A stretch of DNA of 64,000 nucleotides from an uncultured Cytophagales bacterium (GTDB lineage Bacteria; Bacteroidota; Bacteroidia; Cytophagales; Bernardetiaceae): the NCBI GenBank assembly GCA_963761725.1, contig CAVXHP010000006.1, positions 381,534 to 445,533 of the forward strand, given 5' to 3'. The notes beneath the pieces are model-generated. The model was not told the origin of the DNA. It made no database searches and saw nothing but the letters and a program-made list of their open reading frames with translations. The position numbers were made by a program, and so were the translations under genes. Of this stretch, positions 20,091 through 30,245 are shown in pieces; position 1 is the first letter of the stretch; each line of letters begins with the position of its first letter.

Positions 20091-20823
20091 TTTTTTTTGG
20101 TTTGTAATATCCATCTCTTTCTTCATCTATTTGTCCTCCTTCGTAAGCACACGTTCCCATTCTAGGAGAATTTACGACAGGCATTTTTGCATAATCCTCA
20201 AAATCTTTACACTTTTTTGCGTGTTTTTTGGCGCATTTTTTACAAAAAAATCCATCATCGTACATGTGAATTCCACAAATTTCCTCTGCAGGTTCTTTCT
20301 CACAAATTCGGCAAAGAATAGGTAATGGTTCGTTACGAGAAATTAAAACAATATTATCTGATTGAAGTGGTAGAGTATATTGATCTAGAACTTTAATTTT
20401 AAAATCAGTTGTAGAACCAAAATCATATTCATAATCAAGTACTAGTCCTTTTTCAAAAACTTTTGACACTTTTGTTGTCATCGGTTTTGTGTTTGGCTCA
20501 AATCCAAAACCAAAATCATCTCTCATATCCATAATCGTAACTTTAGATTTTACTCTAAAACTACTCATGTGTCCACAACATTCCAACCAAATTGCTCTAA
20601 AAAAATCATCTAATTCATCAAAATCGGTTGTACTTTCTACTGCCAAAACCAAAAACATTTCGGCTGCCGTTATAGTAAGATGATAATATTTAGCTTTGTT
20701 TTTGTTACCTTTCTCTAGCTCTTTTTCCATTTTTTTGAGATGCGTAGAAACGTGTCTGCTCATTCCTTGTTTGCTTATTGTTTCGCTACAATACAGGCAA
20801 ACTCCTTCTGATTTTAATGCCAT
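20086..20823 (-). CDS. hypothetical Cys-rich protein (possible zinc-binding; weak resemblance to pRiA4b ORF-3-like family)
   Basis: 245-aa ORF with CxxC pairs at both ends (CLYCSE..., CRICEK...CKKCAKKHAKKC). Flanked on both sides by family C repeats. Confidence 0.4.
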   Translation of the reverse strand: MALKSEGVCLYCSETISKQGMSRHVSTHLKKMEKELEKGNKNKAKYYHLTITAAEMFLVLAVESTTDFDELDDFFRAIWLECCGHMSSFRVKSKVTIMDMRDDFGFGFEPNTKPMTTKVSKVFEKGLVLDYEYDFGSTTDFKIKVLDQYTLPLQSDNIVLISRNEPLPILCRICEKEPAEEICGIHMYDDGFFCKKCAKKHAKKCKDFEDYAKMPVVNSPRMGTCAYEGGQIDEERDGYYKPKKM

Positions 20824-20865
20824 AATTTTTTTTGTTTAGAATATTAATCGCACCTTAAAAGGTAC

Positions 20866-20935
20866 GGTACATTTTCTCACGCTAGAGCGTAAGCTACATT
20901 TAATACATTTTCTCACGCTGAAGAGTGAGCTACAC
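20866..20935. repeat. two tandem family C repeat units upstream of gene 20086..20823
   Basis: ggtacattttctcacgctagagcgtaagctaca and atacattttctcacgctgaagagtgagctaca. Confidence 0.7.
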
Positions 20936-20939
20936 TTTT

Positions 20940-22568
20940 TTACAAAATCACTTCTTTTTCAAAAGTCTTCGTATTTACTCTCAAAATTTGATGATTATTT
21001 GTATCTGAAATATATAAATAATTTCCAATTAAAAGAACATCATTCGGTTCATTGAGTCCACTAATAATTGTTTTTACTCTATTTTTTTCTAAGTCCAAAA
21101 CTTTTATTTTTCCATTGTAGGTATCAGCAATATAAACTTGATTATCAGCATACAAAACACTTACAGGGTGCTGCAAAACTGCTTTTTGTGCCGTTCCATC
21201 TTCGTCTCCAAAATCAAAAAGTCCTGAACCAACAAGCGTTCTAACTTCCTTTTTTTGTAAATCTATCTGACGAATTGCACTCGCTTCTGAGTCGGCTACA
21301 TATAAGAAATTCTCAAACTGTGTAAGTCCACTTGGTTGATTAAAAGCTACTTTCTGAAAATCATCGCCATCTGTGAGCTGCTCTCTTCCACTTCCTGCAA
21401 AACGCTCAGTTTTATAATCCTGCAAATTCATTTTTAAGATTTGATGATTTCCAGCACTTGCGATGTACATTATATTTGGGTATTTTTTATCAATCAATAA
21501 ATCCCAAGGCGAATTTGGATTTACGTTTTCTCCCCACTTTTTATCTCCAAAATAATAACTTGTTTCGCCTGTTCCTGCAATCGTTTTGACAGTTTTGTTG
21601 ATTAAATCTGCTTCTTTTATTACATTATTTTTAGTATCAGCAATATATAATTTTTCTCCATTTGGAGATAAAGCTAATCCATGAGGTTCATAGAAACTTG
21701 TTTCCTGAAAACTTCCTTCTGTATTTCCTTTTTTAGAATTTCCAATAGTTTCAAATACTTTGCCTTTCAAATTTATTTTGATAATTCTATTATTTCCACT
21801 ATCAGCGATCCAGAAAGTAGGTTCATTATTATCATTCGCAGTAGTGTTTTCTTCTCCTTTTGCTTCTATTATTTTTGAGGGAAACATAAGTTCTTTTTTC
21901 TCTACTTTTGCAAGCTGAAATTCAAACTTTTGAGTATTTAATATTGATTTATTTTGATGAATAAGAGCTAAGATTTGATTTCTTGCATCTTCATAAAAAG
22001 TTTCTCCTGCACGCTGCCAAACTACTTTTTGGTCTGGAGAAATAAGTGTAAGCGTAGGCCAAGCACGAACAGCATAACTTTGCCAAACACTCATATCTGC
22101 ATCATTGATAACAGGATGATGAATTCCAAACTTTAAGGCAGCCTGACGAATTCGTTGTGTAGATTGTTCTGCACTAAATTTTGCTGAATGGATTCCAATT
22201 ATTACAAGTTCGTTTTCAAATTCTTTTTCTAATTTTTCAAGGTCTGGAATAATATGTTGGCAATTTATACATCCAAATGTCCAAAAATCTAATAAAACTA
22301 TTTTTCCTTTAAAGTCAGCTAATTTGTACGACTTTTCAGTATTTACCCAACCAAATTTTGTATCAATTTCGGGTGCAGTAGTGGGAGGAACAACCATATA
22401 TTTTGGACTTAATTTAATTACTTTTTGTGCTGTTTTGTCTTTATCTACTTCACTTGCAGAACCTTGTTTTTCACTACAAGAAATTAAGGCAAAACAAAAT
22501 AAAAGAGAGAAAAACAGTGTTTTTTTATTGTTTAAAGTACTGAGAATAGCAAACTTATGATTTTTCAT
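20940..22568 (-). CDS. lipoprotein fusing a thioredoxin-like TlpA/redoxin domain to an NHL-repeat beta-propeller
   Basis: 542 aa. Lipobox LISCSE. Redoxin motif IVLLDFWTFGCINCQHIIP...IIGIHSAKF. Then NHL-type repeats (YEPHGLALSPNGEKLYIAD, LYVADSEASAIRQID, VYIADTYNGKIKV). Confidence 0.75.
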   Translation of the reverse strand: MKNHKFAILSTLNNKKTLFFSLLFCFALISCSEKQGSASEVDKDKTAQKVIKLSPKYMVVPPTTAPEIDTKFGWVNTEKSYKLADFKGKIVLLDFWTFGCINCQHIIPDLEKLEKEFENELVIIGIHSAKFSAEQSTQRIRQAALKFGIHHPVINDADMSVWQSYAVRAWPTLTLISPDQKVVWQRAGETFYEDARNQILALIHQNKSILNTQKFEFQLAKVEKKELMFPSKIIEAKGEENTTANDNNEPTFWIADSGNNRIIKINLKGKVFETIGNSKKGNTEGSFQETSFYEPHGLALSPNGEKLYIADTKNNVIKEADLINKTVKTIAGTGETSYYFGDKKWGENVNPNSPWDLLIDKKYPNIMYIASAGNHQILKMNLQDYKTERFAGSGREQLTDGDDFQKVAFNQPSGLTQFENFLYVADSEASAIRQIDLQKKEVRTLVGSGLFDFGDEDGTAQKAVLQHPVSVLYADNQVYIADTYNGKIKVLDLEKNRVKTIISGLNEPNDVLLIGNYLYISDTNNHQILRVNTKTFEKEVIL

Positions 22569-22727
22569 TATTTATTATTTTAGTTAATTTTTTTGGTCCT
22601 GTTTGATGCAATTACGATTGTTGCAATATATTCTTTTCTGGCTTTTCTGAATTTCGTAGCTGTTTCTTTGACTTCATTATTTATAATCTGTAAAAATATC
22701 AAAATTGAAAAAGAATACAGAATTATA

Positions 22728-22805
22728 AAAAATTCTATATCCTTTTTTTGGTTTACTTTATATTTAACAGACTGGGAAGTCTGTTTTACAAAAAAAATAA
22801 TTATC
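22728..22805. repeat. ~78-bp direct repeat, left copy, bracketing the toxin-antitoxin segment
   Basis: aaaaattctatatcctttttttggtttactttatatttaacagactgggaagtctgtt... repeats at ~85% identity at 23467..23545. Confidence 0.75.
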
Positions 22806-22872
22806 TAACAAAAGTCTCTTAAGACTTCAATCAACTTTATTATTTCAGAGGGTAAAAGCGATGCAAATTTTG

Positions 22873-23140
22873 CTATGATGATAGGTTCTCAATAGTTACT
22901 ATTTTATTACACCTAACCTCACTTATTTTTGGTAATGGTCTGGATAAATATTGAATTTCTAAAAGAAATGAAAATATATCATTTCTTAGATTACTTGTTA
23001 TTGGACAAAGCAAATAATCATTATCTAAAGAATTTGAAATCTCATGCTTACAACAATTGCAGGTCGTCTTTTACTTTGAGAAAAATTATCAGAATAGGGA
23101 TAATTTACCCAAACTAAATCGCCTTGTTGGTATTTGCTCA
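22873..23140 (-). pseudogene. MazF/PemK-family toxin, frameshifted
   Basis: Hand-translated minus strand: MSKYQQGDLVWVNYPYSDNFSQSKRRPAIVVS... (PemK N-terminal signature). After a frameshift near 23040 it continues in another frame as ...DYLLCPITSNLRNDIFSFLLE...RCNKIVTIENLS. The ATG overlaps the upstream ORF stop (ATGA). Confidence 0.6.
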
Positions 23141-23395
23141 TTTATCTTGAAGTTGAGTTTCTTTAAAAAAATCGTCCCAAATGTTATCTTCTTCTGAATC
23201 CCAACTATTTTTGAAAGATTGCAAACTCAAATCTGTAAGCTCATCTATTTTTAATTCAGTTTCTACATCATCAATTTTTTCTACTTCTATATTTAATCGT
23301 TTAGCCATTTGAATTAAAATAGCTAAATCATTTAGGTTATTGGTTTTAAAAGATACATTCATAATTTTATCTAGTTGATTTTCACTAAAAATCAT
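23138..23395 (-). CDS. putative antitoxin partner of the MazF-like toxin (85 aa, family not recognised)
   Basis: Small acidic ORF immediately upstream of the toxin remnant, with its stop overlapping the toxin start in classic TA operon geometry. Confidence 0.4.
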   Translation of the reverse strand: MIFSENQLDKIMNVSFKTNNLNDLAILIQMAKRLNIEVEKIDDVETELKIDELTDLSLQSFKNSWDSEEDNIWDDFFKETQLQDK

Positions 23396-23466
23396 TTACT
23401 AATTCAATATACAAAAATCGTTTCAAATTTTCGTGTTTATCTACAAAAAAAGGATACAGAAATATG

Positions 23467-23545
23467 AAAAATTCTATATCCTTTTTTGATTTACTTTATA
23501 TTCAACAAATTAGGAAGTCTGTTATCCAAAAAAAATTAATTCAAA
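23467..23545. repeat. ~78-bp direct repeat, right copy
   Basis: aaaaattctatatccttttttgatttactttatattcaacaaattaggaagtctgttatcc... Extends into the purL stop codon. Confidence 0.75.
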
Positions 23546-25764
23546 TACTTCGGCAAAGTGGCCTCAAATTCTTCTCTTGCTTCATCTACCGAAAGCCAAA
23601 TATTTCCATCTATCTGACATACTTTTTCAGCAACTACACTTCCAAGATTTGAAAAATCTACATTATTAGTTTTAAGTATCGTTTCAAAATTTTCTTTCTT
23701 ATCTTGAGAAACCGAAACGACAACTCTACTCTGACTTTCCCCAAACCAAAACGCATCTTTACGAACTTTATGAGAAGTAGTCTTGACAGAAAAACCTAAC
23801 TCTTTACTGGCTGCCATTGCTGATTCTGTAAGGGTTACGAAAAGTCCACCGTCCGAAACATCATGAGCAGAAACGATAAGTTTGTTTTTGATAAGCTCTA
23901 AAATCGTTTTTTGAAGTTTTGCTTCTTCTTCCAAATCAATAAACGGAGCAGGAGAGGCTTTGTATTTGTGATAGGAATACAAATATTCGGATGAAGAAAT
24001 ATCATTTCTTGATGTTCCTAACTGATAAATAATATCGCCTTCATTTTTAAAATCTAATGTCATTTTGAGTTTAATATCCTCCAAAAGACCCAACATTCCG
24101 ATGGTAGGCGTAGGAAAAACAGGACCTTCATCAGAAGATTGATTATAAAAACTCACATTTCCACCCGTTACAGGCGTTTTCAGTTTTTCACAAGCTGCTC
24201 TCATTCCCTTTATTGCTCCCACAAAATGCCAATATACTTCTGGAATATACGGATTTCCAAAATTCAAACAATTCGTAATCGCAACAGGCTCGCCACCACT
24301 ACAAACAATATTTCTTGCAGCTTCACAAACGGCTATTATCGTTCCTTTTTCTGGGTCTGAATTTACATAACGAGAATTACAATCTACCGAAATAACAATA
24401 TTTTTATTTGTTCCTTTTACGTTTACAATCGCTGCATCAGAAGGCTGATTGGTAGAAGTATTTGCCGTTCCGACCATTGAATCATACTGTTCTGCAATCC
24501 AACGACGAGAGGCAATATTTGGATGACCAATTAAAAATTTAGCAATTTCTGGTAATTTTTCGTCTTCTGGCTCTTCTATTTCGTCAATCTGAAACTGTTG
24601 ATATTCACTAAAATAAGCTGGTTCGGTATATTCTCTGTGATAAACGGGTGCACCACCACCCAAAACTAAATCATCGGCAGGAACATCAGCCACCAACTCA
24701 TCGTTTACATAAAATTCTAAACGCTTCGAATCTGTAACTACTCCAATTTGAGCACAATTCAAATCCCACTTATCAAAGATAGCTTGTAATTCGGCTTCTT
24801 TTCCTTTCTTAATAACAATAAGCATACGTTCTTGAGATTCTGAAAGCAAAATCTCAAAAGGCTGCATATTTTTTTGTCTTGTCGGAACTTTATCCAAATA
24901 GATTTTCATTCCGTGTTCTCCTTTTGCACTCATTTCGGAAGTTGAACACGTAATTCCTGCTGCTCCCATGTCTTGGATTCCTATCAAATGACCTGTTGCG
25001 ATAGCTTCCAAGGTAGCTTCTAAAAGCAGTTTTTCTTGGAAAGGGTCGCCTACTTGTACGGCAGGAAGGTCTTTTATCGAATCATCTGAAATATCTTTTG
25101 AGGCAAATGAAGCACCATGAATTCCATCTTTTCCTGTTGCAGAACCTACAATATAAACTGGATTCCCTACGCCATACGAAATAGCAGAGGCAATTTTGTC
25201 TGTTTCTACAATTCCTGCTGAAAAAGCATTTACTAACGGATTTACATTATAGGATTCATCAAAATAAACTTCTCCTCCTACTGTCGGGATTCCAAAGGCA
25301 TTTCCATAATCTCCAATTCCTCTTACTACCCCTTTCACTAACCATTGCGTTTTTGGAGAAGTGATATTACCAAAACGGAGAGAATTAAGTTGTGCAATCG
25401 GTCTTGCTCCCATCGTGAAAATATCTCTATTTATTCCTCCTACACCTGTTGCTGCACCTTGGTAGGGTTCTAATGCTGACGGATGGTTATGCGATTCAAT
25501 TTTGAAACTACATGCCAAACCATCTCCAATATCCACCAAACCAGCGTTTTCTTCTCCTGCTTCTACAAGCATTCGTTCTGATTTTTTGGGAAGTGTTTTG
25601 AGCCAAACAATAGAATTTTTATAAGAACAGTGTTCTGACCACATAACAGAAAAAATACTGAGTTCAGTAAAATTAGGCTTCCTACCTAGAATTTCTTCTA
25701 TTTTGATAAACTCTTCTGCCGTAAGTCCTAGTTTTTGTGCTGTTTCGGTTGTCGTGATTTCCAT
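23536..25764 (-). CDS. purL: phosphoribosylformylglycinamidine synthase subunit PurL (FGAM synthase II)
   Basis: 742 aa. N-terminus [40 protein letters not shown] and AIR-synthase-related domains throughout. Confidence 0.95.
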   Translation of the reverse strand: MEITTTETAQKLGLTAEEFIKIEEILGRKPNFTELSIFSVMWSEHCSYKNSIVWLKTLPKKSERMLVEAGEENAGLVDIGDGLACSFKIESHNHPSALEPYQGAATGVGGINRDIFTMGARPIAQLNSLRFGNITSPKTQWLVKGVVRGIGDYGNAFGIPTVGGEVYFDESYNVNPLVNAFSAGIVETDKIASAISYGVGNPVYIVGSATGKDGIHGASFASKDISDDSIKDLPAVQVGDPFQEKLLLEATLEAIATGHLIGIQDMGAAGITCSTSEMSAKGEHGMKIYLDKVPTRQKNMQPFEILLSESQERMLIVIKKGKEAELQAIFDKWDLNCAQIGVVTDSKRLEFYVNDELVADVPADDLVLGGGAPVYHREYTEPAYFSEYQQFQIDEIEEPEDEKLPEIAKFLIGHPNIASRRWIAEQYDSMVGTANTSTNQPSDAAIVNVKGTNKNIVISVDCNSRYVNSDPEKGTIIAVCEAARNIVCSGGEPVAITNCLNFGNPYIPEVYWHFVGAIKGMRAACEKLKTPVTGGNVSFYNQSSDEGPVFPTPTIGMLGLLEDIKLKMTLDFKNEGDIIYQLGTSRNDISSSEYLYSYHKYKASPAPFIDLEEEAKLQKTILELIKNKLIVSAHDVSDGGLFVTLTESAMAASKELGFSVKTTSHKVRKDAFWFGESQSRVVVSVSQDKKENFETILKTNNVDFSNLGSVVAEKVCQIDGNIWLSVDEAREEFEATLPKYLN

Positions 25765-26162
25765 AGTAATTGGGACGATTTGTAAAAACGAATAAGTATC
25801 AGGTTGGTATTTTTATGAATATACAAAAGTAACAATTTTTGAAGAGTTTGAGTAGTCTAAATCTTAATTTAAAATTTATTACAAAAAATTGTATTTTATG
25901 CTTTTTTTCTTTTACTTTATTTTTTCTTAGATACAATTGTTCAATAGCTAATTAATTCGTTTTTTTGAAACAACTACCTTAGTTATGGTGTTTTTGATTC
26001 ACGTAGAATGAAAGACTCTTAATTAGTTTTCTTTAAAAAAATTTTTTTCTTTTTTATTGTATTTTGTTTTGTAATTAACAAATTTCAGGATAAATATTTT
26101 TACTAAAACAACAACTAACTACTCAATTATCAGATACATTTTTTTATTATCTGTTTTCATAA

Positions 26163-28004
26163 ATGGCACTCAAATCATCTCTTCGTACACGTATTACAGT
26201 TGGCTTACTTTTTCTGCTAGGGATTATCATTCTTATTAGTGGGGTAGCTGTTTTTTATTTGACACGTCTTTCTAATTCATCGGATAAGATTCTAAGTGAA
26301 AATTATCAGACTATATTTTATGTTCAAACTCTAACAGAAAACTTTCAGGTTGTTTCCTCTTCTCAACTGCGGTATTTGGCAGATCAAGGTTTTGATTATG
26401 AGCTTTATAAAAAGTCAGATATGCTATCAAGTACATATATTGACTCATTATACCTTGTTATTGGAGATAAGAAAGAAAAGATATATTTAGATTCTCTCTC
26501 CTTAGGATATTCAAAGCTAGTAAAAGAGTTTGATGATGCAAGACAAGATACTTCTATTGTTCTGCCAGATATGGATTTGTATTACAACAAATTGAGATTA
26601 AACTTTCTTCCTGTAAGAGGTTATTTAGACAAGCTCAGAGAAATTAATCAAAATGAAATTATAGAAAAAAACGACTTTATACAAAGAAACACAGAAGATG
26701 CACTGCTTTATATGGCTATTATTGGTGGAATTTGTGTTCTGATTACTGTAGGTTTTATTTCTTATTTCCCTGTTTATTTGACAAAACCTTTGCACGATCT
26801 TTATTTGGCTTTGGAAGAAATGAGTAATAAAAACTATACCAAGCGTCTTTATGTAGGTTCGACCAATGAATTTGCACGATTGGCAACTTCTTTTAATAAA
26901 ATGTCTAGTAAAATAGCTGAATTCGAAAACCTAAACTTAGAAAAAGTATTAATTGAAAAAAAACGCACAGAAACGATAATAGAACATCTTCAAGATGGAA
27001 TAATAGGTGTAAGTGCTCAAAACAAAATTATTTTCATCAATCAAGTAGCTGAAATTTTACTTGATATGTCTTCAGAAGATGCTGCTGAGGTATATATCCC
27101 AAACTTACTTGTCAATAATGACATTCTTTACCACGTAATGGTAGATTTGATGGAAATAGACAACAGACAATCGTTCGCTGAAAAAACAATTAAAATTCCA
27201 TCAGCAGACCGAGATTTGTTTTTCTCTAGACAAGTAATGAGCCTTCCTGAAACAGAAGAACTTTCAGGACTTATTATTCTTCTCAAAAATGTAACGAAAT
27301 TTACAGAAATGGATGCTGCCAAAACGCATTTTATAGCTACCATTTCACACGAACTCAAGACTCCTCTCACTGCAATTCGTTTGAGTTTAGGCTTGTTAAA
27401 AGACAAAAGAATGGGATTGCTCAGTGAAGATCAGCTAGATTTGGTCAGTGATATAGAACAATCCACTGAACGCTTGTTTGCACTTACAGGAGAAATTCTT
27501 CAATTATCTCAAATTGAGTCTGGAAAAATAAAGATAAATCTTCAGCCTGTTGAGGTAGATGATTTAATAAAATACACTTTGCAAGCTGTAAAGGTATCTT
27601 CCGAACAAAAATTTTTATCCGTAGAAGCCGATACGGCTCCAAACTTACCTGTATTTTTTGCAGATATAGATAAGCTAAAATGGGTTATTATCAACTTTTT
27701 GACCAATGCTATACGGTATGCTCCCCAAAAATCAGAAGTGAGATTAAGCATTTATCCTGATAATAAAGGAGTTGTATTTTCGGTAACTGATTCAGGAAAG
27801 GGAATTAGTGAAATGTATCACTTAAAGATATTTGAAAAGTATTTTCAGATTCCTGATTCGGATGACAAGACCGATAAAAAAGGCTCAGGTTTGGGACTTG
27901 CCATTTGTAGAGAATTTATAGAAGCACATAAAGGCGAGATTTGGGTAGAAAGTGAAGTAGGAAAAGGCAGTACATTTTCTTTCTGGCTACCATTAGATTC
28001 ATAG
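26163..28004 (+). CDS. membrane-bound sensor histidine kinase
   Basis: 613 aa. N-terminal TM segments. HisKA H-box ISHELKTPLTAI. HATPase_c N/G boxes (LTNAIRYAP, GSGLGLAICREFIEAHKGEIWVES). Confidence 0.9.
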   Translation: MALKSSLRTRITVGLLFLLGIIILISGVAVFYLTRLSNSSDKILSENYQTIFYVQTLTENFQVVSSSQLRYLADQGFDYELYKKSDMLSSTYIDSLYLVIGDKKEKIYLDSLSLGYSKLVKEFDDARQDTSIVLPDMDLYYNKLRLNFLPVRGYLDKLREINQNEIIEKNDFIQRNTEDALLYMAIIGGICVLITVGFISYFPVYLTKPLHDLYLALEEMSNKNYTKRLYVGSTNEFARLATSFNKMSSKIAEFENLNLEKVLIEKKRTETIIEHLQDGIIGVSAQNKIIFINQVAEILLDMSSEDAAEVYIPNLLVNNDILYHVMVDLMEIDNRQSFAEKTIKIPSADRDLFFSRQVMSLPETEELSGLIILLKNVTKFTEMDAAKTHFIATISHELKTPLTAIRLSLGLLKDKRMGLLSEDQLDLVSDIEQSTERLFALTGEILQLSQIESGKIKINLQPVEVDDLIKYTLQAVKVSSEQKFLSVEADTAPNLPVFFADIDKLKWVIINFLTNAIRYAPQKSEVRLSIYPDNKGVVFSVTDSGKGISEMYHLKIFEKYFQIPDSDDKTDKKGSGLGLAICREFIEAHKGEIWVESEVGKGSTFSFWLPLDS

Positions 28005-28200
28005 AAAATTTTGAATATTTTCAGATTAATGCTTCTATTACGAATAATATAATGCAATTCTGTTTCAAAACTTATTTTATTTGGCTAGCATCTAATAAAA
28101 GTTTTACATAATTTTGCACAACGGCAAAAACGTTTATTCTACTGTTTTCGTTATATACCTTTAATTATTCATCAAATTTATTTAAAAATCAATCCTAACT

Positions 28201-28713
28201 ATGGCACTGCACTACAAAATAGATCAAATAGACAAACAGATTCTAGAAATTCTTCAAGAAAATGCTAAAATCACTAATGCTCAACTTTCAAAAGATATTA
28301 ATCTCTCACCTGCACCTACATTAGAACGTGTAAAAAAACTAGAAAATGCGGGTTATATCAAGAGTTATCATGCTCGTCTTGATGCTCAAAAATTAGGTTT
28401 GGGAGTGGCTACTTTCATTAGTGTAAAGCTAAATAAGCACAACAAATTAAGTAATGAAAATTTTGTAAACCAGATAAGAGCTATTGATGAAATAGTCGAA
28501 TGCCATTATGTTACAGGGTCTAGTGATTATGTTTTAAAGGTAGTTTCGAAGGATATAGAATCCTATCAAAGTTTGATAATGAATAAAATTAGTGAAATTA
28601 CAGAAGTAGATAATATGCAAACTATGGTAATTCTCAATACTATAAAGGATAGTGATTCACTTCCTATTCCAGAGGCAACTCCAGCCTTGATAAAAAATGC
28701 AGATAATGGTTAA
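28201..28713 (+). CDS. Lrp/AsnC-family transcriptional regulator
   Basis: 170 aa. HTH (IDKQILEILQENAKITNAQLSKDINLSPAPTLERVKKLE) plus RAM domain. Confidence 0.9.
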   Translation: MALHYKIDQIDKQILEILQENAKITNAQLSKDINLSPAPTLERVKKLENAGYIKSYHARLDAQKLGLGVATFISVKLNKHNKLSNENFVNQIRAIDEIVECHYVTGSSDYVLKVVSKDIESYQSLIMNKISEITEVDNMQTMVILNTIKDSDSLPIPEATPALIKNADNG

Positions 28714-28976
28714 GTAAAAATGCTCAATTTTGCTATATATTAAAATAGAAATAGTAAAAAAACAGGAATAAAAGACAACGTAATAATTCTGTAACATTAG
28801 ATTTTTAGCTTCTTAAATACTATGTTAATAGGTATTTACTAACACCTATTACTTGATTTCATTTTAAATTTTGTATTTTTGTTTAAAACTAATTATCTCT
28901 TGCTCTACTTTTTAAAGTAAATGTATAACTTAGTTTTATAAAAAATCTACTTTATTATAATTATTTCTATTCTGTT

Positions 28977-29531
28977 ATGCATATTGATCTTACCAATTCT
29001 GATAAAAAAGTAAAACTTTGTCGACAAGGTTTTTTGTACTTGCGAAAAAAAGGAATTCATGAAGGTTGGCGATTACATTCAGCGGGTTATGCTGTGCTTC
29101 AACAAATGAAGTTTGGAAAAATACAAACGCTTTATATGCACAAAATCTTGGCCGATACATTCATAAAGAAACAAGATACTGACAAGAGGCTTTTTGTGCG
29201 TATGCTTGACTCTAATAAGATAAATTGTCAGATAGATAATTTGGAATGGGCAACCATGTCAGAGCTTCGTCGTCATCAAACAAATCATACACCAAACAAT
29301 TATAGGGGAGTTTCGAAAGATGGCAAAAAATACAGAGCCATTATATATGATCAAGGTGAGCGAATTTATTTAGGTGTCTTCAATACTCCTGAGCTTGCCG
29401 CAGTTGCTTATAACCAAGAATCATTGAAGAGATTTGGTGTAACTGAAAGTCTGAACGAGCTTCCAAGTCCTTTAGATATGAGTCCTCCTCCTACACGAAA
29501 TGAAGTTACAAATGCAAGAGGAAGTAAATAA
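28977..29531 (+). CDS. AP2-domain-containing protein (HNH-homing-endonuclease-associated AP2-like DNA-binding domain)
   Basis: 184 aa. Central YRGVSKDGKKYRAIIYDQGERIYLGVFNTPELAAVAYNQ matches the AP2/ERF-like fold found in phage/HNH_3 proteins. Sits in an AT-rich intergenic context. Confidence 0.5.
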   Translation: MHIDLTNSDKKVKLCRQGFLYLRKKGIHEGWRLHSAGYAVLQQMKFGKIQTLYMHKILADTFIKKQDTDKRLFVRMLDSNKINCQIDNLEWATMSELRRHQTNHTPNNYRGVSKDGKKYRAIIYDQGERIYLGVFNTPELAAVAYNQESLKRFGVTESLNELPSPLDMSPPPTRNEVTNARGSK

Positions 29532-29553
29532 ATAGTAGTACTCAAATTTCTTT

Positions 29554-30072
29554 TTAGTCTAAGAGTACCTGTTTTTGGTCTAACTTATCTAAAAATCTTA
29601 CTTTGTAATTATCTAGGTAATCTTGATAAAATTTCCCATTTATCCATTCCGATTCTAGAGTAGCTTCCCATCTTTCATAAAATGTGATGGCTGGAGTATT
29701 CCAATCCAAAACTTGCCATGTCATCATATTTGTATTTTGGCGTTTGGCTTCTAAAATAGTAGCTTCAAATAAAAGTTTTCCTATTCCTTCACCTCTATAT
29801 TCTTCATTTACTAAAAAGTCTTCTAAATACAAACAGCGTCCTTTCCAAGTGGAGTAACGAATATAAAAAAGTGAAAAACCGATAATTCTATTACCTTGCT
29901 CTGCTACAATTGCACCATATGCAGGATTATCACCAAATCCATCAAGTAGCATTTGTCCGGGTGTAGTATCTACTTCATGTTCAGCTTTTTCATAAATGGC
30001 AAGCTCAACAATTAAATCAAAAATTTGAGGTACATCTTTTTCAGTAGCTCTGCGTATTGTTGTTTTTTTCAT
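29554..30072 (-). CDS. GNAT-family N-acetyltransferase
   Basis: 172 aa. Acetyl-CoA binding motif VNEEYRGEGIGKLLFE. Confidence 0.9.
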   Translation of the reverse strand: MKKTTIRRATEKDVPQIFDLIVELAIYEKAEHEVDTTPGQMLLDGFGDNPAYGAIVAEQGNRIIGFSLFYIRYSTWKGRCLYLEDFLVNEEYRGEGIGKLLFEATILEAKRQNTNMMTWQVLDWNTPAITFYERWEATLESEWINGKFYQDYLDNYKVRFLDKLDQKQVLLD

Positions 30073-30245
30073 AATTAATTTAGTTGTGTAGTACAGACTT
30101 TCTAGTCTGTGTAAAAAACAATAATTTCATTCTAATTTGTAAAAATAAAACAAAAATAAGTGTTTCTCTATTTTAGTGTGTAAATTTGTCAAATTAAAAG
30201 TACACAAATTATTTTTGCCAATCTATTTTCAATTTATTTAGAAAC

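Noticed and set aside
22593-22808. 71-aa and 62-aa plus-strand ORFs at 22593..22808 and 23464..23652 with similar N-terminal translations
   Set aside because: Both start inside the ~78-bp direct repeats flanking the TA segment. The similarity is due to the DNA repeat. The second also overlaps purL antisense.
22929-23117. 62-aa plus-strand ORF
   Set aside because: Antisense to the MazF-like toxin remnant, which has recognisable family motifs on the minus strand.
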